From Vulcanimicrobiota bacterium (GTDB taxonomy: Bacteria; Vulcanimicrobiota; Xenobia; Xenobiales; JADMJV01), in contig JBFWNU010000005.1 in NCBI GenBank assembly GCA_050250895.1, forward strand, positions 224,001 to 288,000: 64,000 bases of DNA, in the 5' to 3' direction. Numbering within the stretch: position 1 is the stretch's first letter; each line of letters begins with the position of its first letter. Shown piece by piece: positions 45,033-54,431 of this stretch. The notes beneath the pieces were generated by a model, which saw nothing but the letters and a program-made list of their open reading frames with translations, had not been told where the DNA came from and searched no databases. Position numbers and translations under genes: made by a program.

Positions 45033-45794
45033 ATGCTCGTCGAACAGCAAGTGCAACAGGCCAACCTGCTGGCCTCGAAGGGTCAGTGGGACCAGGCGGT
45101 GGCCATCTATCAAGAGTTGCTGCGCCAGTACCCCTACAGCCTCGAGTTGCGCGAGCAGTTCATCATCGTGTCGTTTCGCAATGGCGACTACCACAGCGTC
45201 ATCCAGCAGTATCTCGATTGCGCCGAGATCTACTACACCGAGGGCGACTGGGAGAGCGCCATTCGCCGCTATGAAGAGACCCTGCGCCTGCCCGAGATCG
45301 TCGACGGCCAGCACGGGCCCGGGGCTGGCGACCCGGTGCGCGAGCTGGTCGACCAGGTTCGCCCCGACATCTACTATCAGTTCGGCGACTTTCACCTCGA
45401 TCGGGGCTATGCCGACCTGGCCCTGCAGTATCTCCAAAAAAGCGATCAGCTCTCGCCCGGCCGTTGGGAAACCCACATGGCCATGGGCCAGGCCCATCTG
45501 CTCAAAGGTCAGGACAAGGAAGCCATCCAGGCTTTTCACCAGGTGCTGCAACTGGCTCCCGAAGAGGCGGCCGTGGCCCTCGAGCTACTGGGAGAGGTCT
45601 TTTTGCGCCAACGTCGCCCCATCGATAACCTGCGCGAGTGGTTCTATCGCTCGGCCGACGCCTATTACAAGAAAGGCGCCGTCCGCGACGCCATCCGCAT
45701 TTGCAACCGTATCCTGGATTTCGACCCCGACAACAACACGGTCAAGCAGAAACTACAGCACCTGATCGCCCTGGAACGTCCCACCCGTTCATAA
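45033..45794 (+). CDS. tetratricopeptide repeat protein
   Basis: Repeated GQWDQAVAIYQELL..YP, GDWESAIRRY and AIQAFHQVLQLAP motifs. Confidence 0.88.
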   Translation: MLVEQQVQQANLLASKGQWDQAVAIYQELLRQYPYSLELREQFIIVSFRNGDYHSVIQQYLDCAEIYYTEGDWESAIRRYEETLRLPEIVDGQHGPGAGDPVRELVDQVRPDIYYQFGDFHLDRGYADLALQYLQKSDQLSPGRWETHMAMGQAHLLKGQDKEAIQAFHQVLQLAPEEAAVALELLGEVFLRQRRPIDNLREWFYRSADAYYKKGAVRDAIRICNRILDFDPDNNTVKQKLQHLIALERPTRS

Positions 45795-45892
45795 TTGCCC
45801 CGGCAAATCGTCGGTTCGGCGTCGGCGGGTCTCCTAAGCTATTAGTGAGCGCATCTCAAACGCTCGCAACCTATCTTGCGAAGGAGACCATC

Positions 45893-46270
45893 ATGCATAT
45901 CCCTGCAGGCGGGAAAAGCCTTACCATAGCCCGGCGAAACTTTGCTGCCGACCTTCCCGACGAGTTTGCCAACCTCGAAGTCGAGCCCAAGACAGCGGAA
46001 ATCAGTATCGAAGACCGGGCCAGCTTCAAAGTGCACCTTCATTACGACCAGCTGGTGGCCCGACCCCAGTTTTTTCGAGCCATGCAGGTCGAGGTTCCCG
46101 AGGTCGAGCCAGACGTCCGAGTCGAGGCCGAAATCGGACTGCCCTACAATCAGGGAACGGCCCGCCAGCCGCTCATGTCGGTTCCGGTTTTGCTCAACTG
46201 GAACGGCGGCAACTGGCATCGCGGCGAGGCCTACATTCTGCGGGCCGACGGAGCGACCGAACGGGTCTAG
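45893..46270 (+). CDS. hypothetical protein (125 aa)
   Basis: AAGGAG RBS before ATG 45893. Confidence 0.6.
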   Translation: MHIPAGGKSLTIARRNFAADLPDEFANLEVEPKTAEISIEDRASFKVHLHYDQLVARPQFFRAMQVEVPEVEPDVRVEAEIGLPYNQGTARQPLMSVPVLLNWNGGNWHRGEAYILRADGATERV

Positions 46271-48231
46271 TGGCCGCTGAGGATCTCTTCGGGCAGCTGG
46301 CTCATCCATTTTTCACGCAGGGCCAGCTGCTCGGAGGTGGGGTTGGGCACTTCTTCCACGGTCAGCTTGTTGGCCGCTCCCACCGGCACCACGATTGTCT
46401 TGGTGCGGGACGAGCCGTCAAAGACCGAGGTCTCTTCAAACCGAAAGACCATCGCCTCGACCTCCCGAATGTCTCTCGGGGCCTTGAGGTCGACCTCGCC
46501 CTGAGGACCGCGCAACAAGACCTGCTCGGGCTTCTTGCCCTCAAACCATTTTAGTCCGGCATCAAAAGCCGGGCCATCGTCGCGAACCCGGCTCAAGGTC
46601 AGATCCTGATCCAGAGTCAGGCCCAGGGCGGGGAAGGGGAGGGGAAAGGACTTCTCCTCGGCGCTAACCCTGGGGTCGGCCTCGAGATAGGGCGCTCCGT
46701 GGTTGTCGCTTCGCAGCCGGGCACCCGGCAAATTCAGCAAGCCAGGACGCCAGTCGTCACTACGCTCGACCACCTGATAGCCGGCGTGACCCAGATATTG
46801 GCTCAGGTCGATGCGCTGGCGGTCGACCAGGTGGTCGGCGAAAAAGCGGTCGACCCAGGCGCGTCCACCCTGGTGGGGCGCGGCCACATCGCCCACCAGG
46901 CGCTGCATGTCCTCGAGCGAGTGGTAGTTGCCCGAGCCGCCGAACTCTCTCTTGAGGTTGCGCAGCACGTCGAGCATCCCGACCTCGTTGTTCGACCGCT
47001 GGCGCAGCTCGAGATCGAGGGCCAGGGCCACCAGACTGCCCTTATTGTAGTATTTGATGTTGCCAAGGTGGGCTTCCAGGCTGTCGTCGCGCGGGTTGCT
47101 GGGATTTTGGGCATAGTCTTGATAGTAGGTTTCGATCGCGCCTTCCCAGCGTTTCATATATTGCTCGGGCGAGATCAAGCCGCTCTGGCGTTCGAGCAGA
47201 TAGCCCACCCAGTTGGTCACGCCCTCGGTGACCCACAGCCCGTCGGTGGGCCGGTTCTGGGACAGGTCGGCGGCGTCGATCCCCTCGTGCTGGACGTACT
47301 TGGCCAGCAGCTTGTGGGTGACCTCGTGGGCCATCGTGTAGTTTTCGTTCATGCGGGCGCTGCCGTCGAACGACCCGGCGATATAGCTCTCGTTGTCGAC
47401 ATGGCGGATCAGCTCGTGACCGCGGAAGTGCTCGAAGCCGTCGCTCTTGTCGGGCCCGCCGTGCAGGTAGTGCTTGTGGATGACGTAGTTGTCGCAGCCG
47501 CAGACCCCGGCCGGACGGGCGCCGTCGATCTCGAAGCGCTGGCTGGGAAACTCGCCGAAGTTGTGCAGAAAGGCGCGATAGATGCGGGCGAAATCGTGGG
47601 CGTTCTCAGCCGGAGTAGCCCCCGGCGACGGCAGGTTCTTGTAAGGGCCGGTGCCCTTTTGGGTGACGATGATGCTGGTGTCGCCAACCTTCTCGCGGGC
47701 CTCGTCGAAGTGGCCCAGCATCACGTTGTCGTCGGCCAGGTCGGCATAGCTGGCGGCGTAGAAGGTGTGCTCGGCCCCTTCGACCCGCGGCAGGGTCGAA
47801 CTCGACTTCCAGTCGGCGCCGGGAAGATTCTCGAAGCTGAGGGTGGCCGGAGTATCGCTCTCGTGGCCGCGCACGCACATCAGCGTGGCCGGCCCGTTGA
47901 GATAGGCGTGCTCGTCGGTGAGTTGAGCCCCCACATCCGAGAACTCCTCGGCCCGGATGGTGTAGTGAACCGTGACCGGCCCCTTCGCCTCGACCTTACA
48001 GCCTTTGCCGGTGCGCTGGTAGGGCATATTCTCGCCAGCGGCGTCGGTGAAGCGCAGGTGCAGCAGATCCGCCGGATGGCCCTGGCTAGCGACGGATGAA
48101 CCCGGAGAAAACTGGGGAAGATAGACCTCGAGGGGCCCCTGGTCGGGCAGGTCGACTTTCATCTCGACCCCCACGCGGCGGCGCCGGGTGTCGGACATGT
48201 CGCAGCGATAGGAGATGGGCGTGGGCTGCAT
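46267..48231 (-). CDS. M61 family (glycyl aminopeptidase-like) metallopeptidase with PDZ-like C-terminus
   Basis: GFEH, AHEVTH (HExxH), LWVTEGVT and YYNKG..ALALDLELR motifs. Confidence 0.88.
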   Translation of the reverse strand: MQPTPISYRCDMSDTRRRRVGVEMKVDLPDQGPLEVYLPQFSPGSSVASQGHPADLLHLRFTDAAGENMPYQRTGKGCKVEAKGPVTVHYTIRAEEFSDVGAQLTDEHAYLNGPATLMCVRGHESDTPATLSFENLPGADWKSSSTLPRVEGAEHTFYAASYADLADDNVMLGHFDEAREKVGDTSIIVTQKGTGPYKNLPSPGATPAENAHDFARIYRAFLHNFGEFPSQRFEIDGARPAGVCGCDNYVIHKHYLHGGPDKSDGFEHFRGHELIRHVDNESYIAGSFDGSARMNENYTMAHEVTHKLLAKYVQHEGIDAADLSQNRPTDGLWVTEGVTNWVGYLLERQSGLISPEQYMKRWEGAIETYYQDYAQNPSNPRDDSLEAHLGNIKYYNKGSLVALALDLELRQRSNNEVGMLDVLRNLKREFGGSGNYHSLEDMQRLVGDVAAPHQGGRAWVDRFFADHLVDRQRIDLSQYLGHAGYQVVERSDDWRPGLLNLPGARLRSDNHGAPYLEADPRVSAEEKSFPLPFPALGLTLDQDLTLSRVRDDGPAFDAGLKWFEGKKPEQVLLRGPQGEVDLKAPRDIREVEAMVFRFEETSVFDGSSRTKTIVVPVGAANKLTVEEVPNPTSEQLALREKWMSQLPEEILSGH

Positions 48232-48302
48232 GCCCTCAGTTTAGGCCCTGGTGCTGAAAAAAACCTGGAGGCAGGGCCGCCCGGTGCCGCGAAAAAGTCA
48301 GC

Positions 48303-48692
48303 GTGGACAGCGTGGTCAACATATTGCGCGAAGCAGGAGCCGCTACCGCTTATCTTTTCGGCTCGCGCGCTCGGGGCGACGAGCATCCCGGCAGCGATTA
48401 CGACATCGCCGTTCTCTTGAAAGACCCGGGTGATGCTGTGGCCACGTTTGAGCTGCAGACCGAGTTGGTGCTCAGCCTTTCGAAGCTGCTGGGGGGGTCG
48501 GTCGATGTGGTGATGTTGCACCAGGCAGGTCCGACTCTTCGCTTCGAGGCGGTCTGGCGAGGCCAATGCCTGTTCGCTCCCGACGAGCAATCCAGGATCG
48601 ACTATGAACTAAAGACCCGCCGCGAGTTCGAGGACTATGCCCAGATTCAGTCCTTCTACACCCAGGCGATGAAAGAGCGTCTGGCCCGATGA
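48303..48692 (+). CDS. mntA: MntA-type nucleotidyltransferase antitoxin (type VII TA)
   Basis: YLFGSRARG...SDYDIAV and VDVV.L motifs. Confidence 0.85.
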   Translation: MDSVVNILREAGAATAYLFGSRARGDEHPGSDYDIAVLLKDPGDAVATFELQTELVLSLSKLLGGSVDVVMLHQAGPTLRFEAVWRGQCLFAPDEQSRIDYELKTRREFEDYAQIQSFYTQAMKERLAR

Positions 48693-48802
48693 ACGGCCCA
48701 TTGAGCGAAGAACTGCTGGAGGAAATGGAGCGAAACGTCGGCCGGCTACGCGAAATGCAGGAAGTCAGCCGGGAGGAATTCGCTGGTGATCCTCACCACC
48801 GG
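48689..48802 (+). pseudogene. truncated HepT/DUF86 toxin (N-terminal ~38 codons)
   Basis: ATGA overlap with mntA; LEEMERNV.RLRE....SREEF..DPH resembles DUF86 N-termini, then the frame runs into repeats. Confidence 0.65.
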
Positions 48803-48804
48803 CC

Positions 48805-48959
48805 GTGGGCGATCGTTGGGCTTGGCCAGACCGCCGGCCGTGGCCCCAGCCGGAGTGGGCGAAATCCCCCAGCCGGGGTGGGCGATCGCTGGCCTTGGCC
48901 AGACCGCCGGCCGTGGCCCCACGGAGTGGGGTCTCGCTGGCCTCGGCCAACGAGACCCC
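48805..48959. repeat. GC-rich 44-bp direct repeats and hairpin
   Basis: gtgggcgatcg(t/c)tgg(g/c)cttggccagaccgccggccgtggcccca at 48805 and 48878; GGGGTCTCG...CGAGACCCC hairpin at 48928-48959. Confidence 0.8.
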
Positions 48960-49058
48960 GGCCCACCGGCTGTTTACATCCCGTTCAAGCCAGGGCCCTC
49001 GGCGAGGGCTACAATCTACCCGGCCGCCCTCACTCACAATCTAGCGCAGGAGCCTATT

Positions 49059-49763
49059 GTGAAGATTTCAAACCCGAGTTGCTACGCTCCCCCGGCTTAC
49101 GCCAACTACTATCCGTCCCTTTCCGGTGCCTCCGCAGCCCTGCCGAAACAGCCCGGCGCCGGCCCCACCGTAAGAGACCTCGAGGCCTCGGTGGCCACCT
49201 TCGTGAGTAAACTCGATGGCGGCCAGGACACCACCGGTCTTCATCCGTTTTGCGACAACGTCGGAGCAGCCAGCGCCAAGGTGTGTTCCGAGACGATGGC
49301 CAGGGTGAGCCACTCGCTTCAGGACTGTTTCGAAAGCCAGAATACCGTCGGCGGGCACAAGTTGTTGAGCGCTTCCGACATCGGCGATACTTTGCGCCGC
49401 CATGCCGACAATTTTGATAAAACCAGCCAGCAGGCCAGCGCCGAGTATGCTGCCTTGCGCCCTCGAGTGCGCAATTTCTGGTGGACTGTTTTCGGGGCAT
49501 CGGCGCTCGCCACGGCGGCTGGCCTGTCCATGATGGTGCCGGGACCGACCTCGGTCCAGCCGGCTGCTGCGATGTTGTTGGGTTGTGGTGGCATGATGAC
49601 CGCCATCTACACCAGCATGAAACTGATGGATTCAGAATTTCTCAACGACGATCTCAACCGCTTGAGCGACCGGGCCGACAGCTACAAGTCCGAGGCTGAG
49701 GCGGCGCGCCATTGCGCCCAGGTGGCCGACGCCTGGAGCGGGTTTTTGGCCAACAAGCCCTAA
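49059..49763 (+). CDS. hypothetical protein: disordered N-terminus, coiled coils, hydrophobic hairpin
   Basis: AGGAG RBS before GTG 49059; two adjacent hydrophobic segments flanked by helices. Confidence 0.7.
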   Translation: MKISNPSCYAPPAYANYYPSLSGASAALPKQPGAGPTVRDLEASVATFVSKLDGGQDTTGLHPFCDNVGAASAKVCSETMARVSHSLQDCFESQNTVGGHKLLSASDIGDTLRRHADNFDKTSQQASAEYAALRPRVRNFWWTVFGASALATAAGLSMMVPGPTSVQPAAAMLLGCGGMMTAIYTSMKLMDSEFLNDDLNRLSDRADSYKSEAEAARHCAQVADAWSGFLANKP

Positions 49764-50017
49764 TCGCCGGGGCGGACGACCTTGGTCCGGCAGACCGGGC
49801 AGAGTAAGTAGCGGCTGCCGGGCAAGAACAGGCAGTCCTCGGACCAATGGGGGAAGGCGCTCGGGCGCTCATAATAGTGAGCGCAAAGCTCGTTGGTGCA
49901 GAACACCACGAAGGGGTTGCCGGCCTCATTGTGGGTGCGGGTTACGAATTGGCCACGGCCGTTGACCTGATCATACTCGTAGTGGGTGATGAAGGCGTGG
50001 TGCTGCTTTTCGCTCAT
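49760..50017 (-). CDS. small Cys-rich putative zinc-ribbon protein
   Basis: CTNELC...CPVC; 85 aa. Confidence 0.65.
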   Translation of the reverse strand: MSEKQHHAFITHYEYDQVNGRGQFVTRTHNEAGNPFVVFCTNELCAHYYERPSAFPHWSEDCLFLPGSRYLLCPVCRTKVVRPGD

Positions 50018-50034
50018 AGGCGCCCATTATAACA

Positions 50035-51075
50035 CTAGGCGGCGGGGAAGAGAAAGCGCAGGGCCTGAGGCAGCCTGGTCTCCCAGGCTTTCTCGTTGTG
50101 CTCGTGGCGGTGGGCCAAAAGATAGGCGAAGTCGTCGCCGAGTTCGAATTCGTGCTTCTCGAGCAGGGCGTTGCGGAATTCTTCGGCGTGGTGGACGCCG
50201 TCGTTGTAGATTCCTGAGTCGCCGGTGTCGAGATAGAAGCGGATGGGGCGCTTGCGCTCGTTGAGGATGCGGGTGCGAAAGCGGCGCAACCACCACGAGC
50301 CCGACATGGCTCCGACCTGGCGAAAGACGTGGAAGAAGTCCCAGCCCAGATAGAGAGAGACGACGCCGCCGAGGCTGCTGCCGAGGATGCCGGTGTGCTC
50401 GGGTTGGGGCATGGTGCGAAAGCGGGCGTCGATGTAAGGCTTGAGTTCGTCGACCAGAAAGCGGGCGTAGGCGTCGGCCCGGCCGCCGTCCTCGGGAGGA
50501 ACGTAGTCGTTGAAGCGGTTGGGACCGCTATCGACGGCCACCACGATCAGTTCTTTCACCTGGCCGCGAGCGATGACGCGATCGAGAGTGCGCTGGGCGT
50601 TCCAGCTACCGAACGAGCCCTGGTCGAAAATGTTCTGACCGTCGTGCATATAGAGCACGGGGTAGCGTTTGTGGGTGTGCTGGCGGTAGCCGCGGGGGAG
50701 ATAAACGCGGAAGCGGCGGCTTTCGCCCAGGTGGCGCGAGCGCAGGCTGGGCACATCGTGCTCGGAGTAGGCCCGCGAGGGAGGGCTGACGCGACTGGCG
50801 GGTTGATAGTCGAACAGCTGCCCGTCTTGCACGAAGATGTAGTCGAGGGCCGTCTCGTAGTAACGGCGGCGGGGGTCACGGCCCTGAGCGTCAGAGAAGT
50901 AGAACTGCACGTTCATGCCGCTGTCGGCGGGCAGAATTACTTCCCAGCGGCGCTCGCCGGGGTAGCGGCCCGGACCGGCGTCGCGCATCGTTACGGCGCT
51001 AAACGCGCCGGTGGTAGGACGCCAGTAGACCTCAGGTCGGGAGAATCCTGAATGGTATTCGATCCGCTTACCCAT
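50035..51075 (-). CDS. alpha/beta hydrolase (putative esterase family)
   Basis: VYLP.GY...YPVLYMHDGQN, GSSLGG nucleophile elbow and HEHNE.AW motifs. Confidence 0.9.
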   Translation of the reverse strand: MGKRIEYHSGFSRPEVYWRPTTGAFSAVTMRDAGPGRYPGERRWEVILPADSGMNVQFYFSDAQGRDPRRRYYETALDYIFVQDGQLFDYQPASRVSPPSRAYSEHDVPSLRSRHLGESRRFRVYLPRGYRQHTHKRYPVLYMHDGQNIFDQGSFGSWNAQRTLDRVIARGQVKELIVVAVDSGPNRFNDYVPPEDGGRADAYARFLVDELKPYIDARFRTMPQPEHTGILGSSLGGVVSLYLGWDFFHVFRQVGAMSGSWWLRRFRTRILNERKRPIRFYLDTGDSGIYNDGVHHAEEFRNALLEKHEFELGDDFAYLLAHRHEHNEKAWETRLPQALRFLFPAA

Positions 51076-51135
51076 TACCTGTAGTATGCCTCAGACCGGT
51101 GAAAACTTCATGAAATAGTTTTAACCATCTGGACA

Positions 51136-51157
51136 TGGGCGGCCTTTCGGCCGCCCA
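51136..51157 (-). terminator. GC-rich hairpin after TolB-like gene
   Basis: TGGGCGGCC-TTTC-GGCCGCCCA (GAAA tetraloop on the minus strand); no clear U-tract. Confidence 0.5.
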
Positions 51158-51169
51158 GGGTATGTCGGT

Positions 51170-52141
51170 CTAGCTTTCGGCCCGCAGAGCGGTGGAGTAG
51201 ACCTCCACCTTGCGCCCTTCACTGGCGGTGTAGAGCAGGGAGTTGCCGTCGGGGGTGTAGCTGGGCGAGGAGTGGAAGCCCTCGCCAGTGGTCACCTGGT
51301 GAACGTCGCTGCCATCGGAGTTGGCTTCGAAAATCTGCATCTTGCCTTTGACATCGTCGGCCATCCAGGCCATATGGGTGCCGTCGGGCGAGAAGGTCGG
51401 AGCCAGGGCGAAGTCCGAGTCGACCATACGTTGGGCCGGCTTGTCTTTGCCGAGTTCGACCTGGTAGATGGACATCTTGTAGTCGCTGTTGATGCCGCAG
51501 AACAGGATGCGACCGTCGTCGGCTACCGAGGGCGTGCCGGCCAGGATCATGTCGGTGGCGTAGGAGTGAAAGTCGGTGCCGTCATTCTTGACCGAGCAAA
51601 GCACCGGCGAGCCGAAGGCCGGGTCGAGTCCGAAGATGATGTGCTCGCCGTCAGGGCTGAACGTCTGCATGTCGGTGTTGTAGCCCAGCCGCGTCAGCTG
51701 TTTGGTGCCGCTGCCGTCAGCGTTGATCGAGACCAGCTCGAGGTTGCCACGTTCGGTGTCGCGCGAGGTGGTCAGGATGCTCTTGCCGTCGGGAGCCCAT
51801 TGAGGATGCCAGTAGCCCTTGTTGGTGTTGGTAATGTTGTGGTTGCCGGTGCCGTCGATGTTCATCACGTGGATGTCAGAATTGCCCTGCTTTTCCACCA
51901 CATAAGCGATCTTCTGGCCATCGGGCGAGACGGCCGGTTCCCACGAAAGGTTGATTTTGCGGTCGGTGAGCTGGTGCTGCTCTTGACCGTCCATGCCCAC
52001 CACGAAGATGTCGCGAACGAGCGGTTGCGTGGTCCCGCTGGCAAAGACGACCTTGTCGCCGGCCGGCGTGGCGCTGGGGTGCATGGGCTCCCCGCTGGTT
52101 TGAGTGAGGCGGCGTGGTTGGCGATCCGTTGCAATCATCAT
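51170..52141 (-). CDS. TolB-like PD40 beta-propeller protein
   Basis: Repeated P..SPDG..I(A/V)(F/Y) and ..DG....QLT motifs. Confidence 0.9.
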   Translation of the reverse strand: MMIATDRQPRRLTQTSGEPMHPSATPAGDKVVFASGTTQPLVRDIFVVGMDGQEQHQLTDRKINLSWEPAVSPDGQKIAYVVEKQGNSDIHVMNIDGTGNHNITNTNKGYWHPQWAPDGKSILTTSRDTERGNLELVSINADGSGTKQLTRLGYNTDMQTFSPDGEHIIFGLDPAFGSPVLCSVKNDGTDFHSYATDMILAGTPSVADDGRILFCGINSDYKMSIYQVELGKDKPAQRMVDSDFALAPTFSPDGTHMAWMADDVKGKMQIFEANSDGSDVHQVTTGEGFHSSPSYTPDGNSLLYTASEGRKVEVYSTALRAES

Positions 52142-52164
52142 CGGAACACCTCGCGTACAATTTA

Positions 52165-52193
52165 CTCGGCCAGACTACGCGAGTCTGGCCGAG
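52165..52193. terminator. perfect 12-bp intergenic hairpin
   Basis: CTCGGCCAGACT-ACGCG-AGTCTGGCCGAG between the Gly-rich gene and the TolB-like gene. Confidence 0.55.
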
Positions 52194-52221
52194 AGAATGT
52201 TGCCTGAGTGTTAAGCGTCGG

Positions 52222-52740
52222 CTAGCTTTTGCCGGTGCCGCCCGAGCCGCCCGAGCCGCCCTTGCCGCCGCTATCGCCACTCTGGCCGCTCTTACCGGCG
52301 TCGCTCTTGCCTGCCGTGGCCCCACCCTTGCCGGCCGCGGCGCTCTTACCTTTGTCGCCGGTCAGACCGCCGATGGCGTCGCCGATGCTCTTGCCCAGCG
52401 AGCCGAGGCCTTTGCCAACTGCACCGGCCACATCGCTGAGACCTTTTCCAATTGACCCGATAGCGCTCTTGCCGAAATCCGAGCCGAGAAAGCCGGCTGC
52501 CGCCGAGACCATTCCCAGACCGGGCACGGCCGAAGCGGCCAGACCCAACAAAGAGCCGAAATCGGGTTTGCCAGTAGAGAAAGCGCCGGCGCCGCCCGAG
52601 ACGAGGCCGGCCACTTGACCGACAGGGCCACCAAGGCCAGAAAGTGCTCCGGCCAGATCGGTGGGTGAGACGCCTTGTTTGCTGGACAACGATTCTGCCA
52701 GGGAGACAAAGCTCCCCAGGCCGTCGATAGCCATGATCAT
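52222..52740 (-). CDS. Gly/Ser/Ala-rich low-complexity protein
   Basis: GGAGG RBS; glycine-zipper-like repeats and a GKS-rich tail. Confidence 0.75.
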   Translation of the reverse strand: MIMAIDGLGSFVSLAESLSSKQGVSPTDLAGALSGLGGPVGQVAGLVSGGAGAFSTGKPDFGSLLGLAASAVPGLGMVSAAAGFLGSDFGKSAIGSIGKGLSDVAGAVGKGLGSLGKSIGDAIGGLTGDKGKSAAAGKGGATAGKSDAGKSGQSGDSGGKGGSGGSGGTGKS

Positions 52741-52838
52741 TCCTCCGCGAGTGATGTATTGGACTCAGAGTAGCGCAACATGTTGGAGGAAAGTTTGGAA
52801 TTGGGGGGTATGCCTGTTAACAAATTACTTTTCAGGAG

Positions 52839-54065
52839 ATGCCAATGATATCCCCGGAGCTGATCCGAGCGCTGCCCAAGACCGATTTACATTTGCACCT
52901 GGACGGCTCATTACGTGAACAAACCTTGATCGAACTGGCCAGGGAGCGGGGGGTCTCTCTACCTTCAGACACGGTGGAGGGCCTGAACGAACTGGTGTTT
53001 CGCCCACACTACGCCAACCTGGCCGAATACCTCCACGGCTTTCAGTATACCTGCGCGGTGCTGCAAGACGCCGAGGCCCTCGAGCGCGCCGCCTACGAGT
53101 TGGCCTGGGACAACATCAACGAGGGAGTGCGCTACATCGAGGTCCGCTTCGCCCCCCAGCTGCACACTCACCGGGGGTTTTCGCTCAAGGAAGTGTTGCA
53201 GGCGGTCAACCGGGGGCTGGCCCGGGCCCAGTCCGAACATCAGAACTCGCCGGCCGTGAGAGAAAATGACGAGCCACCGTTCTACTACGGCATCATCGTG
53301 TGCGCCATGCGCTTTTTCACGGCCGCTTTTTCGTCCTGGTTTGCTCACCTCATCGACCTGTTCCAATACGCGAATCAAGAACAGGTGTTTGGGTTGGCCT
53401 CCTTGGAGTTGGCCCGGGCAGCCGTGCGTATTCGCGACGAAGAGGGCATTCCTATCGTCGGCTTTGACCTGGCCGGACGCGAAGACGGCTATCCCGCCAG
53501 CGATCACCAGCGGGCCTATGATTTCGCCCACCGTAGCTTCATGCAAAAGACCGTGCACGCCGGGGAAGCCTACGGTCCCGAGAGCATCTTCCAGGCGCTG
53601 ACGGATTTGCACGCCGATCGTATCGGCCATGGCTATCATCTCTTCTCGCCCGAGCTGTGCGGACCCGACATCCAGGACGGAGACGCCTACATTCGCCGGC
53701 TGGTGAGCTACATCGCGGCGCGGCGCATTACCATCGAGGTCTGCATCACCTCGAACCTGCAGACCATGCCGTTCCTCAAGAGCGCTAAAGAGCACGCCTT
53801 CGGCAAGATGCTCGAAGAAAAGCTCTCGGCCAGTCTGTGTACCGACAATCGGCTGGTGAGCCACACTACCGTCAGTCGCGAGATCGAGATTGCGGTGGAG
53901 GCGTTCGACATGAATCTGCACCAGTTGCGTCAGACTTTGATTTATGGTTTCAAGCGCAGTTTCTTCCCCGGTCCTTACGTTCAGCGGCGGGCTTACGTTC
54001 GCCAGATCATCGACTACTACGACCGGCTCATCCACGAGTGGGAAGCCAGAGAGGCGAAGGTCTGA
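52839..54065 (+). CDS. add: adenosine deaminase family protein
   Basis: LPKTDLHLHLDGS, YIEVRFAP, GFDLAG.E, TVHAGE, RIGHG, EVCITSN and TDN motifs. Confidence 0.92.
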   Translation: MPMISPELIRALPKTDLHLHLDGSLREQTLIELARERGVSLPSDTVEGLNELVFRPHYANLAEYLHGFQYTCAVLQDAEALERAAYELAWDNINEGVRYIEVRFAPQLHTHRGFSLKEVLQAVNRGLARAQSEHQNSPAVRENDEPPFYYGIIVCAMRFFTAAFSSWFAHLIDLFQYANQEQVFGLASLELARAAVRIRDEEGIPIVGFDLAGREDGYPASDHQRAYDFAHRSFMQKTVHAGEAYGPESIFQALTDLHADRIGHGYHLFSPELCGPDIQDGDAYIRRLVSYIAARRITIEVCITSNLQTMPFLKSAKEHAFGKMLEEKLSASLCTDNRLVSHTTVSREIEIAVEAFDMNLHQLRQTLIYGFKRSFFPGPYVQRRAYVRQIIDYYDRLIHEWEAREAKV

Positions 54066-54066
54066 G

Positions 54067-54354
54067 ATGGGCGGGATATTTGGTAAGAAGGTGCGCTGTT
54101 CACACATTCTGGTCGAAGACAGGGCGCAGGCCGAGAAGTTACTGGCCGAACTCCAGGCGGGCGCCGACTTTGCCGTCAAGGCCAGGGAGCATTCTAAGTG
54201 CCCGAGCGGGCGCAACGGCGGCGACCTGGGCCATTTCGGCAAAGGCGCCATGGTGCCGGAGTTCGATAAAGTCGCATTTGAACTCGAAGAAGGCGAAATG
54301 TCCGGCCTGGTCAAGACCAAATTCGGCTATCACATCCTCAAGCGCACGGCCTAG
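54067..54354 (+). CDS. ppiC: parvulin-type peptidyl-prolyl cis-trans isomerase
   Basis: SHILV, A..HSKCPSG..GGDLG.F..G.MVPEFD and TKFGYHI motifs. Confidence 0.93.
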   Translation: MGGIFGKKVRCSHILVEDRAQAEKLLAELQAGADFAVKAREHSKCPSGRNGGDLGHFGKGAMVPEFDKVAFELEEGEMSGLVKTKFGYHILKRTA

Positions 54355-54431
54355 TTCCGTCCAGCCGCGGCCGGGGGACGCTCCTTGGGCCTGAGCAAGG
54401 AGATTGGGCGACTCGCGAGGTATTAGGGGAT

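Noticed and set aside
48689-49210. Full-length 173-aa toxin CDS
   Set aside because: After codon ~38 the frame reads through repeats and overlaps another gene; there is no HEPN catalytic region.
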